Source of the DNA: Patescibacteria group bacterium
GTDB taxonomy: Bacteria > Patescibacteriota > Patescibacteriia > Magasanikbacterales > GWA2-37-8
Length of the DNA: 64,000 nt
Assembly (NCBI GenBank): GCA_028705565.1
Contig: JAQWDH010000001.1
Location: 20,363-84,362, forward strand
Reading direction: 5' to 3'
The stretch's first letter is position 1. Each line of letters opens with the position of its first letter. The notes beneath the pieces were generated by a model that did no database searches, was not told the origin of the DNA, and saw nothing but the letters and a program-made list of their open reading frames with translations. The translations under genes and the position numbers were made by a program. Positions 37,033 to 48,549 of the stretch are shown here, piece after piece.

Positions 37033-37401
37033 ATGCTAAACAAAAACAAGAAACAGGACCTAATTAAAAAGTTTCAAACTCACGCCGGGGACACAGGGTC
37101 CAGCGAAGTGCAAATAGCCATTTTGACCGCGGAGATTGACGAATTAATAGGCCATTTAAAAAATCATCCGAAAGACCATTCTTCGCGCCGAGGTCTTTTG
37201 CGCAAAGTAAGCTCAAGGCGCCATCTTCTTCGCTATTTATTGTCCGAAAACCCGGAAAGCCACGAGAAGTTAACAAAGAAATTAAAAATCAAACAGCCGC
37301 GAGCCGCGGTTAAAGCCGTTGAGCCGGCGGAAGAAGAGTTGGAAGAACTGGAAAAAGACACTGAATTAAACGAAAAAGAAAATGAAACAGCCGTTGAATA
37401 A
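37033..37401 (+). CDS. rpsO: 30S ribosomal protein S15 with acidic C-terminal extension
   Basis: [22 protein letters not shown]. Confidence 0.96.
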   Translation: MLNKNKKQDLIKKFQTHAGDTGSSEVQIAILTAEIDELIGHLKNHPKDHSSRRGLLRKVSSRRHLLRYLLSENPESHEKLTKKLKIKQPRAAVKAVEPAEEELEELEKDTELNEKENETAVE

Positions 37402-37933
37402 AAAATCGCATCCTTTGAAACACCCTGAGCAAAGAGTAGGGGTGTTTATTGATGTACAAAATATGTATTACAGCGCCAAAAATCTTTTTGGGGCTAAAGT
37501 TAATTTTGGAAATATCGTGAAAGAAGCCACCGCCGGGCGTAAATTGATTCGCGCCATCGCTTATGTGGTTCGCACAGAGACCAAAGAAGAACAGCCGTTT
37601 TTTGACGCGCTCTACAATTTGGGCATTGAAACCAAAGAAAGACCTTTGCAAATTTTTTACGGCGGTGAAAAAAAAGCGGATTGGGATGTTGGTATAACTG
37701 TTGATGCCATTCGCTTATCTCCAAGTATAGACACGGTTGTATTGATAAGTGGAGATGGAGATTATTTGCCGCTCGTTGATTATTTGCGAAATCAAGGCAA
37801 ACAGGTGGAAGTAATGGCTTTTGGCGACACGACATCAAGCAAGTTGAAAGAAGAAGTTGATGATTTTATTGATTTAAGCGAAGACAAACCGAAGTTTTTG
37901 ATATTGAACAATAATAAGAGGTATAAAAAATAA
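37382..37933 (+). CDS. NYN domain (LabA/DUF88) protein
   Basis: VFIDVQN, KADWDV, ISGDGDY, VDDFIDL. Confidence 0.9.
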   Translation: MKQPLNKKSHPLKHPEQRVGVFIDVQNMYYSAKNLFGAKVNFGNIVKEATAGRKLIRAIAYVVRTETKEEQPFFDALYNLGIETKERPLQIFYGGEKKADWDVGITVDAIRLSPSIDTVVLISGDGDYLPLVDYLRNQGKQVEVMAFGDTTSSKLKEEVDDFIDLSEDKPKFLILNNNKRYKK

Positions 37934-38025
37934 TTAAATTTAATGAAGCTGGTCGGAAAACAGATAGATTCTCAAATAAATTTTGAGGTCTGTAGTTTTC
38001 AGAGCAGCTTCCGAAAGGAAAATAT

Positions 38026-40230
38026 ATGGGTATAAAATCTTGGTCCATGGAGTGGGGAGGAAGAACTTTATCCGTGGAAATCGGCAAGCTGGCTTTGCAA
38101 GCCAATGCTTCTTGTTTGGTGCGCTATGGCGACACCGTTCTTTTGGCGACAGCGACAATGAGCAAGCAAACTCGCGATGGCATAGATTTTTTTCCGCTCA
38201 TGGTGAATTTTGAGGAAAAACTTTACGCCGCCGGCAAAATCAAAGGCAGTAGATTTATCAAACGCGAAGGCAGACCAAGCGAAGAAGCAATACTTTCCGG
38301 ACGTTTGGTTGACCGCGCCATCAGGCCGCTGTTTAATGAAGCGATGCGCAACGATGTGCAGGTTATTTTAACCGCGCTGTCGTTTGATGGTGAAAACGAT
38401 TCACAAATTCCGGCAATGATAGCCGCTTCTTTGGCTTTGGCAATATCGCCGATTCCTTGGAACGGACCGATAGCCGGCGCGAGAGTGGGGCGGGTGAACG
38501 GTGAATGGAAATTAAATCCGAATATCGCCGAACGCGAAAGCGGCGACACTGATATCGTGGTTGCAGGAACGCCTGACAAAGTTATTATGGTTGAAGCCGG
38601 CTGTAAGGAAGCTTCGGAAAAAGAAGTGATTGAAGGAATGAAATTCGGCGCTGAAAATTTGTCCGCGGCGCTGGATTTTATCAAAAAAATTCAATCCGAA
38701 GTCGGACAACAAAAAATAAATTGGGAAGAAAATTCCGATGAACGGGAAATAAAATTAAAACAAACGGAAAAAGAAGTTGATGAGTTTATAAAAAGTCACG
38801 TGGATGATTGGATTTTTGATTCTCCAAAAAAGAACAGAGCCGAAAGAGTGAATATGGTGGACAAATTCAGCAAAGAAATTGAAAAGATTTTAAAAGAAAA
38901 AGAAACGGATGAAACGATTGTAAAAATAGTTTTGGGGCGAATAAAAGTTTATATTGAAAAATATATTACGGAAAGAATACTTAAGAAAAATCAGCGGTTG
39001 GACGGACGAGGAATTGAAGATGTCCGCGATTTGAATATTGAAGTCGGACTTCTTCCGCGAACGCACGGAACAGGTCTTTTTCAGCGCGGCGACACGCAAG
39101 TTTTATCTGTTGTCACTTTGGGCGCTCCCGGGGATATGCAAACTTTGGACACGATGGAAGAGGACAGGATTAAGCGGTATATGCATCATTATAATGATAC
39201 GCCGGCGACTTACGGCGAAACAGGTCCTTTGCGCGGTCCGGGCAACAGGGCAATCGGGCATGGAGCTTTGGCGGAAAGGGCGTTGTTTCCGGTTTTGCCT
39301 TTGGAAAAAGATTTTCCTTACGCTATTCGCGTGGTTTCCGAAGTTCTCGGTTCAAACGGTTCCAGTTCAATGGCTTCAACCTGTGGTTCCACTTTGGCTT
39401 TGATGGATGCGGGTGTCCCTATAAAAAAACCAGTTGCCGGTATTGCTATGGGTTTGGCGAGCGATGGAAAAGGAGATTGGAAAATAATTACCGATTTACA
39501 GGATGTGGAAGATGGACCGGGTGGTATGGATTTTAAAATTGCAGGCACGCGCGACGGCGTCACTTCAATTCAAATGGATACAAAAACCGATGGCTTGATT
39601 TGGGAAATAGTGGAAAAAACATTTAAACAATCAAAAGAAGCGCGCTTAAAAATTTTGGACGCGATGGCAAAAGTTATTTCAGAACCGAGAAAAGAATTGT
39701 CGCCGTACGCTCCTCGTATAATCACCATAAATATCAATCCGGATAAAATACGCGATGTCATCGGTCCCGGCGGCAAAATGATAAATAAAATCATCGCTGA
39801 AACAGGTGTGGAAATAGATATAGAAGATGATGGACGCGTGATTGTCACTTCCGTGGATAAAGTGGCGATGGAAAAAGCTTTAAATTGGATTAAAGAACTG
39901 ACGCACGAAGTCGCGGCCGGAGAAATTTACGAAGGCGCTGTAAGTCGGTTGGAAGATTTTGGAGCGTTTGTGAATATCTTGCCGGGACAAGACGGACTGG
40001 TTCATGTGAGTGAAATCGCGTGGGCGCGCACGAATAAACCGAGTGATGTTTTGAAGCTCGGCGACAAAGTGAAAGTGCAAGTGAAAGAAATTGACAATCT
40101 CGGCAGAATAAATTTAAGCATGAAAGTTTTACTTCCAAAACCTGAAGGTTATGTTGATGAACCGCGCAGAGATTTCGGCGGCGGACGCGGCGGTAGAGGA
40201 GACAGAAAACCTTTCAGGGGAAGATCGTAA
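38026..40230 (+). CDS. pnp: Polyribonucleotide nucleotidyltransferase (PNPase)
   Basis: Two RNase PH domains, SNGSSSMAS, MDFKIAG, KH (IGPGGK) and S1 domains. Confidence 0.97.
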   Translation: MGIKSWSMEWGGRTLSVEIGKLALQANASCLVRYGDTVLLATATMSKQTRDGIDFFPLMVNFEEKLYAAGKIKGSRFIKREGRPSEEAILSGRLVDRAIRPLFNEAMRNDVQVILTALSFDGENDSQIPAMIAASLALAISPIPWNGPIAGARVGRVNGEWKLNPNIAERESGDTDIVVAGTPDKVIMVEAGCKEASEKEVIEGMKFGAENLSAALDFIKKIQSEVGQQKINWEENSDEREIKLKQTEKEVDEFIKSHVDDWIFDSPKKNRAERVNMVDKFSKEIEKILKEKETDETIVKIVLGRIKVYIEKYITERILKKNQRLDGRGIEDVRDLNIEVGLLPRTHGTGLFQRGDTQVLSVVTLGAPGDMQTLDTMEEDRIKRYMHHYNDTPATYGETGPLRGPGNRAIGHGALAERALFPVLPLEKDFPYAIRVVSEVLGSNGSSSMASTCGSTLALMDAGVPIKKPVAGIAMGLASDGKGDWKIITDLQDVEDGPGGMDFKIAGTRDGVTSIQMDTKTDGLIWEIVEKTFKQSKEARLKILDAMAKVISEPRKELSPYAPRIITININPDKIRDVIGPGGKMINKIIAETGVEIDIEDDGRVIVTSVDKVAMEKALNWIKELTHEVAAGEIYEGAVSRLEDFGAFVNILPGQDGLVHVSEIAWARTNKPSDVLKLGDKVKVQVKEIDNLGRINLSMKVLLPKPEGYVDEPRRDFGGGRGGRGDRKPFRGRS

Positions 40231-40266
40231 TTTAATTGAAAATTTTCAAAATTCGCGATAAATTTT

Positions 40267-40296
40267 AAAAATCCTCGGTGTTTGCTGAGGATTTTT
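40267..40296 (+). terminator. pnp terminator
   Basis: AAAAATCCTCGG-TGTTTG-CTGAGGATTTTT. Confidence 0.65.
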
Positions 40297-40338
40297 AATT
40301 GATTTTTTTGAAGTTTTGTGGTTGAATAATACGGCGAT

Positions 40339-40425
40339 GCCGGGGTGGCGAAATTGGCAGACGCGGCAGGTTTAGAACCTGTTGGGAGAAATCCCGTGGG
40401 GGTTCAAATCCTCTCCCCGGCACCA
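40339..40425 (+). tRNA. tRNA-Leu(TAG)
   Basis: GCCGGGG...GCAGG-TTTAGAA-CCTGT...CCCCGGCACCA. Confidence 0.95.
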
Positions 40426-40532
40426 GAATTAATTTGCCGATTGATTCGGCCGCGCGAAGCGTGGCAGAAAACGGAAACACTGGCTATACAGGACAGCTTT
40501 TTATATAACATAAAAGGGAAGAATAACAAATA

Positions 40533-40796
40533 AACTGTCTCAGCGTTGCATGGTTACGGCTACAGATATATCAGAACAGATGATAAAGCATGTCCAGGTT
40601 CTTGGGTTTCAAAATGTTTGTGCTAAAAAAGCAGATGTTGAACATTTACCATTTCCCAATGCCGTTTAAGCTAAAAAACAATATAATTATTTCACCAAAA
40701 TTATTTTCTTTAATTAAACCATTAAATAACGCTTTAGAAAAAATTCCACTACTTAACCGTTTGGCAACATATATCTATTTGGTATGTCAAAAATAA
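40533..40796 (+). pseudogene. Class I SAM methyltransferase remnant
   Basis: One frame reads VTATDISEQMIKH...KKADVEHLPFPN then stops; another frame gives a typical C-terminus LEKIPLLNRLATYIYLVCQK overlapping the next start. Confidence 0.6.
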
Positions 40797-41776
40797 AAAG
40801 AATTATTATTGGTGTTCCAGCAAGGAACGAAGAATTAACTATAACAGAAAGCCTTGGCTCTATTTATCGATCAATGCTCTATAGTGGTAGAGCCGAAATG
40901 GTTCTCGTTGTTTGTATAAATGGCTGTAAGGACAGAACACTAATTTTAGCGAAATCTTTTCAAGAAAAGCACCAGGATATTAAATTTGAAATTATTCAAA
41001 GTGGTGAAGGACTCGTTAATGCCCAGCGAGAAATCGTCAAAAAATATCCAGCAGATGTTTATGTATTTCCGGACGCAGATAGTACGATAGATGAAAAATC
41101 AATTGAGCTCCTTTTATTAAATCTAGAGAATCATTCCGAGTGTATTGTCGCTTATGCCAAAACTATCACATTGGAGAATCAGTATAATAAATCTATTTTT
41201 CAAAAAATCGGCTTGTTGTATGATTCTCAAAAAATTTTAACTCCACGATATTATTTTCATGGACGGTTATTTGCGACGAAAGAATGGTTTTTCCCTGAAA
41301 ATAAAGAGATTTTAGGTAGAGCGATGAAGAATAGTTATACGCGAGAGCTGCTTAAATATTCTGAGAAAAATATTTTTCTTTATGTTGACGATATTTTTAT
41401 GTCCAGTTATATTTTAGATAAGTATGGCCAAAGGGCAATAAAACAAATTGAAGATGCGCACTGCTTTTCCTATACCGTAGGTTCATTTCATGATTGGCTT
41501 AATACTTATCGTCGAAGAAATATTGAAATGGAAAAAATGTACCGTTGGTTTCCCGAATATAATTATCTTTGGCCGTTGCTTAATAGAAAAACAGACTGGC
41601 AAAAATGGCCGAAGGCTTCATTGGTTGATAGATTACGATGGATGGTCTTTTTATTTATGAAGATGATTTTTTATGTGTATCTTAATATAGAATTACTGCT
41701 TGTGAAATTTAACTCATTTAAACCAAGAGGACAATGGCAGGTTACTGCCACTACAAAAAATGAAATACATCAATAA
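40784..41776 (+). CDS. GT2-family glycosyltransferase
   Basis: IGVPARNEE, NGCKDRT, FPDADS. Confidence 0.8.
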   Translation: MSKIKRIIIGVPARNEELTITESLGSIYRSMLYSGRAEMVLVVCINGCKDRTLILAKSFQEKHQDIKFEIIQSGEGLVNAQREIVKKYPADVYVFPDADSTIDEKSIELLLLNLENHSECIVAYAKTITLENQYNKSIFQKIGLLYDSQKILTPRYYFHGRLFATKEWFFPENKEILGRAMKNSYTRELLKYSEKNIFLYVDDIFMSSYILDKYGQRAIKQIEDAHCFSYTVGSFHDWLNTYRRRNIEMEKMYRWFPEYNYLWPLLNRKTDWQKWPKASLVDRLRWMVFLFMKMIFYVYLNIELLLVKFNSFKPRGQWQVTATTKNEIHQ

Positions 41777-42566
41777 ACTTATTTTATTTGATATTGATGG
41801 TACGCTTACGGTCAAAGATCGAAACGTATTATTAACCAATCTTAAAAAAGTAATCGGTCTGTATAAGGATAGAGGAACTTTATTTGGTATTAATACCAAC
41901 AGACCAATTAAAGATGCTTTGTCATTGTATCGGGCACTTAAGCTTAATGGTCCGATTATTGTTGAAGATGGCGCTTATTACAAAGTGAATATGTCGATGC
42001 CTTCAAAAGTTACAGTAAGAGGAACTCTGAAACTTAATAGACAAATAACCAATTTCTTGCGAAATTGGTCAAAAACAAAAATTGGTCGCAAGTTTACTTT
42101 TAAGGTGAGTGACAACAAGGATTATCTTTCAAACAAATGTATTTCCGCCCTGATATTGATTACTCCCCAAAGAATTTTTACAGCGAGTATATACATAAGG
42201 ATTCGAGGTAAAAAAAACATCAAAGCTTTACAGGTAATATATAAGTTGCTTCAAAAAAAATTTCAAAATAAGTTTAAACTAGTAATTTTTAAAAAAAATT
42301 TATTGCAGGGTAAAATTCTTATCGGTAATTTGAAGACAAATCGTTTCAATACCCTTCATCAAATCGGATATAAATTTTTTAAATCCCGTGATATGCTATT
42401 AATCAGCGATGATGAGTGTGTACCGCGTGTTATATCTGATCCCAAAATTCATTTTGCTTCTGTTAGTAATGGAACAGCGGAATACAAAAAGCACTGTACA
42501 TATATTGCAAATCAAAATGGAGCAAATGGAATCATTTGGCTTGTAAAAAAATTTTTAGAATCGTGA
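41760..42566 (+). CDS. HAD-superfamily phosphatase (IIB-like)
   Basis: LFDIDGTL, NTNRP, IVEDGA. Confidence 0.8.
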   Translation: MKYINKLILFDIDGTLTVKDRNVLLTNLKKVIGLYKDRGTLFGINTNRPIKDALSLYRALKLNGPIIVEDGAYYKVNMSMPSKVTVRGTLKLNRQITNFLRNWSKTKIGRKFTFKVSDNKDYLSNKCISALILITPQRIFTASIYIRIRGKKNIKALQVIYKLLQKKFQNKFKLVIFKKNLLQGKILIGNLKTNRFNTLHQIGYKFFKSRDMLLISDDECVPRVISDPKIHFASVSNGTAEYKKHCTYIANQNGANGIIWLVKKFLES

Positions 42567-42578
42567 TTTTATATAAAT

Positions 42579-43208
42579 ATGGATATAGAAAGGTTAAAAA
42601 ATGCACCGGAGATAAAAGAGGTAATTCCAAAACGCGAGATTGCCTTTGCTTTTATTAAACCGGATTTTCTGGAAGACCTGCCGGTAATTGAAACTATTTT
42701 ATTAGAACATGGCCTAGAGGTTATATACCGCGACAAGGTTCACTTAAATGAAATGGCTGTGGATAGTATATATAAAGAAAGTAAAAACGAGCACTTTTAT
42801 GATACAATGAAAAAATATCTTACTACACATGAAGTGATTGTTTTGATGGTTGGTGGCAAGGGCTTGGAAGCGCAAAAAGTTCTTCTAAACTTGAAAAAAA
42901 CAGGCGACAAGAATGGTATTATTCGAGAACGGTTACAAAAAGAGCCTCCTGTGAAACAAGAGGACGTAGAATTGTGGGAAAGAAAAGAGCACCCTAATCA
43001 AGACGAAGTTTCTATTCTGCTTACTCAAAGTAATGTAATTCATACTGCTGATTCTACTGAAGAAGCTTTGGCTAGCTTAAAGTTAATTTTTGGTGATAAA
43101 TTTGAGGATATGAAGAAAAAAGGCAATCTTCCCGCAGAATTATGGGACATCTTTGAAAAAGATAATACCTTCGCCACTCCATCATATTCATCGGAAATTA
43201 ACAAATAA
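42579..43208 (+). CDS. Nucleoside-diphosphate kinase-like protein
   Basis: AFIKPD and NVIHTADS (catalytic His) motifs. Confidence 0.75.
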   Translation: MDIERLKNAPEIKEVIPKREIAFAFIKPDFLEDLPVIETILLEHGLEVIYRDKVHLNEMAVDSIYKESKNEHFYDTMKKYLTTHEVIVLMVGGKGLEAQKVLLNLKKTGDKNGIIRERLQKEPPVKQEDVELWERKEHPNQDEVSILLTQSNVIHTADSTEEALASLKLIFGDKFEDMKKKGNLPAELWDIFEKDNTFATPSYSSEINK

Positions 43209-43248
43209 TTATATTTGATAATTTAAGTCATTAAATATTTTAATATAT

Positions 43249-43743
43249 ATGAATCAAAAAGAAACTTTGGTATTTGATGGTAGAGAGGTTTTTTTAGAAT
43301 GGACTGAATCTAATTCTATCCCGAATAATATTAGAATTTCACAAGTTGTGGGGTATTGTATTGATAATGCTGGTAAGATATTAATTGTTAAAAATAAAAG
43401 AGGATGGGGTTTTCCCGGTGGACATCCAGAAATAGGGGAAAAACCCGAAGATACTTTGCGCAGAGAGGTAGCCGAGGAGGCCTATGTTACTTTAAAAGAA
43501 CCAAGGCTTATAGGATATATGGAAGTGAAAGATCCACAAAATGAATCTATCGAGGGCACTCATTATATTCAATTAAGATACTTGGCAAAAATTGAAACTG
43601 TTAATGAATTTAAAAAAGAATTTGAAACTTCAGAAAGAGATTTTGTTGATGTTAACTCATTGTCTCAATATATATCATGGATTAATTTTCCAACTGGAGA
43701 AGGACAAATTGAGACACTGGTAAGATATATTGCAGAAAAATAA
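43249..43743 (+). CDS. NUDIX hydrolase
   Basis: GGHPEIGEKPEDTLRREVAEEA Nudix box. Confidence 0.9.
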   Translation: MNQKETLVFDGREVFLEWTESNSIPNNIRISQVVGYCIDNAGKILIVKNKRGWGFPGGHPEIGEKPEDTLRREVAEEAYVTLKEPRLIGYMEVKDPQNESIEGTHYIQLRYLAKIETVNEFKKEFETSERDFVDVNSLSQYISWINFPTGEGQIETLVRYIAEK

Positions 43744-43752
43744 AATATTCAA

Positions 43753-44880
43753 ATGAAAATAGCAATCTTTCAACCGCGAGTAAGTTATTATATCGGCGGA
43801 GGTGAAGTTATTCCACTTGAGCATACTCATTTTTTATCTTTGCGAGGTCATAGTGTGACAATAGTTACAACCCGAGCCCCGTTCATTAAGGAAAGTGAAT
43901 ATTTTAAAAATTTTTGCGTTGAAAATAAAGATGTTCGAATAGCTTATATTGATGTGCCGAAATACTTATCTTGGATATATCATATAACGCCAGGCATTAA
44001 TTGGTGTCGATGGCATTTGGAAAGTTTGCGTGTTGGGCAATTAGCTTTTAAATATTTCCTTAAACATAAATTTGACTTGGTAGTTGTTCATAATGTTTTG
44101 GACATAATTAGTCTGCCAGGAGAACAAAAATCTATTATGCATCTTCATGGTTACCCTTCTTATATAGACCCGATTTATGAGGCATGTCTTTCTCTTCCGG
44201 ATCGTCTTGTTGCGGTCTCGAAATATATTAAAAATCAGTGGCAATCGAAGATGAAATTAAATAAATGTAATTTAGCTACAAATGGTGTTCGTTCTGATTA
44301 TTTCAAGCCTAATCCAAGCTTATTAAAACAGTATGATGTTTTATATATCGGTCGTCTCGTGCCAATCAAGGGCTTGAGCTATCTTATTGAGGCAATATCC
44401 AAAATATATAAACAAATTCCCAATTTACGAGTTGTTATTGCTGGCACTGGCCCAGAGGAGGCGCCATTAAAAGCGCTGAGTAGAAAGTTAGGACTTTCTG
44501 GTCAGATTAAATTTGTTGGCCATGTTAATTCATCAGAACTTTCTGATTTTTATAATTCGGCGCGTATAGCAGTTTTTCCATCTTATGATAGGGAGGGAAT
44601 ACTAACCACAATGCTCGAGGCGGCTTCTTGCGGTTTGCCAATTATTACCACAACCGCTTGCAGCATGAAAGAATTTTTACATCACAATAAAAATGGGTTG
44701 CTTGTGCAACCCAAAAACAGCGCTCATCTTGCGCGTGCAATTCTGAAATTGTATCGCAGCGAAAAATTACAGCGCAGACTTGGAATGGCGGCCAGAAGGA
44801 GTGTTATAAATGGATGGGATTGGAATAAAAAAATTAAAAGTTTAGAAAAAATATATGAACAAGCGTCGCATAATAATTGA
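43753..44880 (+). CDS. GT4-family glycosyltransferase
   Basis: GGGE, IGRLVPIKG, EGILTTMLEAASCG. Confidence 0.9.
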   Translation: MKIAIFQPRVSYYIGGGEVIPLEHTHFLSLRGHSVTIVTTRAPFIKESEYFKNFCVENKDVRIAYIDVPKYLSWIYHITPGINWCRWHLESLRVGQLAFKYFLKHKFDLVVVHNVLDIISLPGEQKSIMHLHGYPSYIDPIYEACLSLPDRLVAVSKYIKNQWQSKMKLNKCNLATNGVRSDYFKPNPSLLKQYDVLYIGRLVPIKGLSYLIEAISKIYKQIPNLRVVIAGTGPEEAPLKALSRKLGLSGQIKFVGHVNSSELSDFYNSARIAVFPSYDREGILTTMLEAASCGLPIITTTACSMKEFLHHNKNGLLVQPKNSAHLARAILKLYRSEKLQRRLGMAARRSVINGWDWNKKIKSLEKIYEQASHNN

Positions 44881-45736
44881 TTCTGCTGGGGCCAAAGTTT
44901 TGATAACGTCAACGGACTTTAATATAAAAAAACTAGAACAATCTGAGTTTTTACAAAGATATGTACCAAATTGTAAAATATTATATGACTCAGTGTCTGC
45001 TGTGGCTAATATCACACTTAAAACTGGAAAACCCGATTTTTTTCTAAAATATCCTAAAGCAAAATACACTAATATTTTTTATGAAGATAAAGATATTGTT
45101 TCTTTGATAGAATTTTTACTTGAAGGCGTTCGACAAGAAACTGGTATCTATTGTTTGCATTCTTCTAGCACTGTCATGAATGGGAAAAGTATTATTTTTT
45201 GGGGCAACGCGAGTGGAATGGGCAAAACACGATTGGCACTTACTCTTAGTGAAAAATTTGGCGCTCAAATGTATTCAGATGAAAAAACCTTATTAAATCT
45301 TCAAGAAAATATTGTCATTGGTGGAATAGCTTCAATTTATTTATCAAAACCCTATCTTCAAGATAAATTTGGTAACGCTGATTTTTATAACTTTACGCAA
45401 CCTGGACAGCCTTTTTCTGTGGGTTTTTTTGTTTACCCTCATATTGATGAAGATAGTAAATCAATCTATGTTGAGCGTTGGGATGCAAATAAATTTAGCT
45501 GGCACTTATATGAGGAATTATCTAGAAAAATACGGGGTACATCTCGAAGAATATTTAATAACACCTTGCCAGTATCTTCTATAGATTCTATACCAATTGC
45601 TACACAAAGATCCTTGGCGGTGGAGGCTTATGTAAAATCAACTCCTTGCTATTATATGAGGGGTAGCGAAGTTTTAATTTGTGAAAATATTTTAAAATTG
45701 TGCGATAAATTTAATGAAACAAAAAAAACTTTTTAG
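44855..45736 (+). CDS. HPr-kinase-related P-loop kinase
   Basis: LHSSS.V...KSIIFWGNASGMGKT...MYSDE. Confidence 0.65.
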   Translation: MNKRRIIIDSAGAKVLITSTDFNIKKLEQSEFLQRYVPNCKILYDSVSAVANITLKTGKPDFFLKYPKAKYTNIFYEDKDIVSLIEFLLEGVRQETGIYCLHSSSTVMNGKSIIFWGNASGMGKTRLALTLSEKFGAQMYSDEKTLLNLQENIVIGGIASIYLSKPYLQDKFGNADFYNFTQPGQPFSVGFFVYPHIDEDSKSIYVERWDANKFSWHLYEELSRKIRGTSRRIFNNTLPVSSIDSIPIATQRSLAVEAYVKSTPCYYMRGSEVLICENILKLCDKFNETKKTF

Positions 45737-45872
45737 TCTTTAACTGGTGGTAAATTTGTTCCAAAAATCAAAAAATGTAAACCGGCGGCGCATTTCGCAA
45801 AGCGAAATACGAAATTCGGCGGCGGTCAGTTCCATTCAAAAAATGTTCGCGCAAAGTGTATGATTACGGCAC

Positions 45873-45927
45873 TTATCCACAGGTTCATTTTAACCCTCTT
45901 GACAAAAATTTTAAAATATGATAACAT
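45873..45927 (+). promoter_or_regulatory. DnaA box and sigma70 promoter of the 23S-5S unit
   Basis: TTATCCACA 45873-45881; TTGACA(45899)-17-TAACAT; boxA-like GAACTTTGACAA near 46235. Confidence 0.65.
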
Positions 45928-46471
45928 CTCTCTTGTCATAAAAATCTCTCTTTTTAGGAGAGCCAAGTCCAAAATAAAATCGCGAAAGCAAGTTTGGACC
46001 TCTGGGTAAAGTCCTTAACGGACGCTTTAATATCAAATAAAAAATGTTACAGATATTAAATATTTACTTAGAGTGTTCAAGCGGCTGACGCCATACTTTT
46101 GGCGAATAGTTTTGAAGGCCGCTGTCAAGCGGTTCTTTATTTTTTAAAAATGATTTTGAACGGAGCAAAAAATTTTCGCGAATGAAAATTTTTTGCCTCG
46201 TTCAAAACGATTGAAAAGAATTGAGCGGGTGTAAGAACTTTGACAATCAATTAGTAAGTTTCAACAAAAAGGGTAGAACTCCCGCGCTGATTTTATTCGC
46301 GCGGGAAAAATAAGAAAGCACAATTTAGTGTTTTCGTAGTATGCAATTTTAACAAGAGCGCATGGCGGATGCCTTGACACCAAAAGACGATGAAGGACGC
46401 TGCAGGGTGCGATAAGCCTCGGAGAGGTCCCAAGCAACCTTTGACCCGGGGATTTCCAAATGGGGAAACCC

Positions 46472-46607
46472 GCCGGTGCGTAGCACCGGAATTTACCAAT
46501 TTACAATTTTCAATTTACAATCAACTCCAATTATCAATAATTTATTGAAAATTGCCGCATTGTAAATTTATTGAAAATAATTGAAAATTCCAGTGTTATG
46601 CATCGGC
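46472..46607 (+). other. 23S intervening hairpin, helix 9 region
   Basis: AT-rich CAATTTT/ATTGAAA heptamer arms replace the short helix after GGGGAAACCC. Confidence 0.7.
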
Positions 46608-47129
46608 ACTGTACACTGAATACATAGGTGTATGGAGAAGACCTGGCGAAGTGAAACATCTCAGTAGCCAGAGGAAAATAAATCTATAGAGATTCCCTTA
46701 GTAGTGGCGAGCGAAAAGGGAAAAGCTTAAACCATATAAGTGTTTCTTTGAGAATGATTGGTCTTAGGATTAGTCTAGTATTAAAGATTAAAGGGATAGG
46801 TCGTTGCTTATATGGGGTTGTAAGATATTGGCGCTGACTGCCTACTCAGTCAGATGATTGAATAACCTTCCTAGTAGAATGCTCTGGAAAGAGCAACCAT
46901 AGAGGGTGATAGTCCCGTACGCGAAAGGAGTTACAAAATCATAGCCGTTATTCTTGAGTAGGACGGAACTCGTGAAATTCCGTCCGAAGCCGGGCCGACT
47001 ATGGTCCAAAGCTAAATACTTTTGGTGATCGATAGTGGACAAGTACCACGAGGGAAAGGTGAAAAGCAGCCCGGAGAGGGCGATGAAATAGTATCTGAAA
47101 CCGTGCGTTTACAAAGAGCGGAAGGTCAA

Positions 47130-47233
47130 CCACATCTCGCTTTGTTTGATGTGGAATTTCCAATTTCCAATTTATTTAGTTATTGATTTTTGGAGTTTGG
47201 TAATTCTTACACGTCAAATGAAGTGAGATGTGG
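47130..47233 (+). other. 23S intervening hairpin, helix 25 region
   Basis: CCACATCTCGCTT...AAGTGAGATGTGG basal stem with heptamer-rich apex. Confidence 0.7.
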
Positions 47234-47757
47234 CGACCGACCGTGTTCCTATTGAAGAATGAGCCTGCGAGTGTATGTGTGCCGCTTTGCTTAAGGGCCT
47301 ATGGTCCGGAGGCGTAGCGAAAGCGAGTCTTAACGGGCGTATACCTTGTATCTTTATGGTGCGAGGTTTGTGGCACGTATATAACCCGAAACCGGGTGAG
47401 CTATCCATGACCAGGATGAACCCCGCCGAAAGGCGGGGGGAGGTCCGAACCCACGCGCCGTGCAACACGCGGGGATGAGTTGTGGATGGGAGAGAAATTC
47501 TAATCGAACTCGGTGATAGCTGGTTCTCCTCGAAATAGCTGTAGGGCTAGCCTCAAATGTTTCTATCGGTGGTAGAGCACTGGATGAAAATCGGGTCCTT
47601 CGGGATACCATTTTCAATCAAACTCCGAATACCGGTAGCCAAAATTTGGGAGTCAGACAGTGACGGCTAAGCGCCATTGTCAAAAGGGAAACAGCCCAGA
47701 TCGCAAGCTAAGGCCCCTAAATCCATGTTAAGTGTAACAAAGGTGGTTCTAGTTCTC

Positions 47758-47794
<37 letters not shown>

Positions 47795-47880
47795 TAAAGA
47801 AAGCGTAACAGCTCACTGGTCAAGAGTTTTAGCGCCGAAAATGTACGGGACTCAAACATGGTGCCGAAGCTGCGGACTAT

Positions 47881-48052
47881 CCGTGCTTCACTAATGTTCA
47901 GCACAAATTTTCAAGTATCCTGCCTACCGGCAGGTAATTATCAATTTTCAATCAATTATCCAATTATCAATTTTTAAATTTCATTTTGGGTCATTAAAAT
48001 TTATTGAAAATTGTAAATTGTAAATTTTGTGGCGAGCGTTAGCGAGGCACGG
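47881..48052 (+). other. 23S intervening hairpin, helix 45 region
   Basis: CCGTGCTTCACT...AGCGAGGCACGG between GAAGCTGCGG and GGTAGAGGAGCG. Confidence 0.75.
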
Positions 48053-48549
48053 GTATTGGTAGAGGAGCGTTCCTAACTGCGCAGAAGTCCTAGGCGTGAG
48101 CCGGGATGGAGTGTTAGGAAGCGAGAATGCAGGCATAAGTAGCAAAAAGGCAGGTGAGAATCCTGCCCGCCGAAAACCCAAGGTTTCCTGGGCAACGAGA
48201 ATCGACCCAGGGTTAGCCGATCCTAAGGCCAGCCCGTCGCAAGGCGGGGTAACCGATGGAAGAGCTGGTTAATATTCCAGCGCTATATGCAGTTTGGTTT
48301 TTACTGCGCATCTTTAATTTTTAAGCGTGTTTTGGTTATACGCGCGCCGCAAGGCGGAGACAAAGCCCTCGGGTGGAGTCAACTTAAAATAACAAGGTGC
48401 CTAGAAAAGGTAAAAATCGTTAAGCTGCATGTAATCGTACCGTAAACCGACACAGGTGGGTAAGTCGAGTAGACTAAGGCGTATGAGAGAACCCTCGTTA
48501 AGGAACTCTGCAATACAGCGGCCGTAACTTCGGGATAAGGCCTGTCCGA

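Noticed and set aside
46735-46815. Sixth 23S insertion
   Set aside because: Extended but lacks the shared basal stem and heptamer apex; probably an ordinary variable helix.
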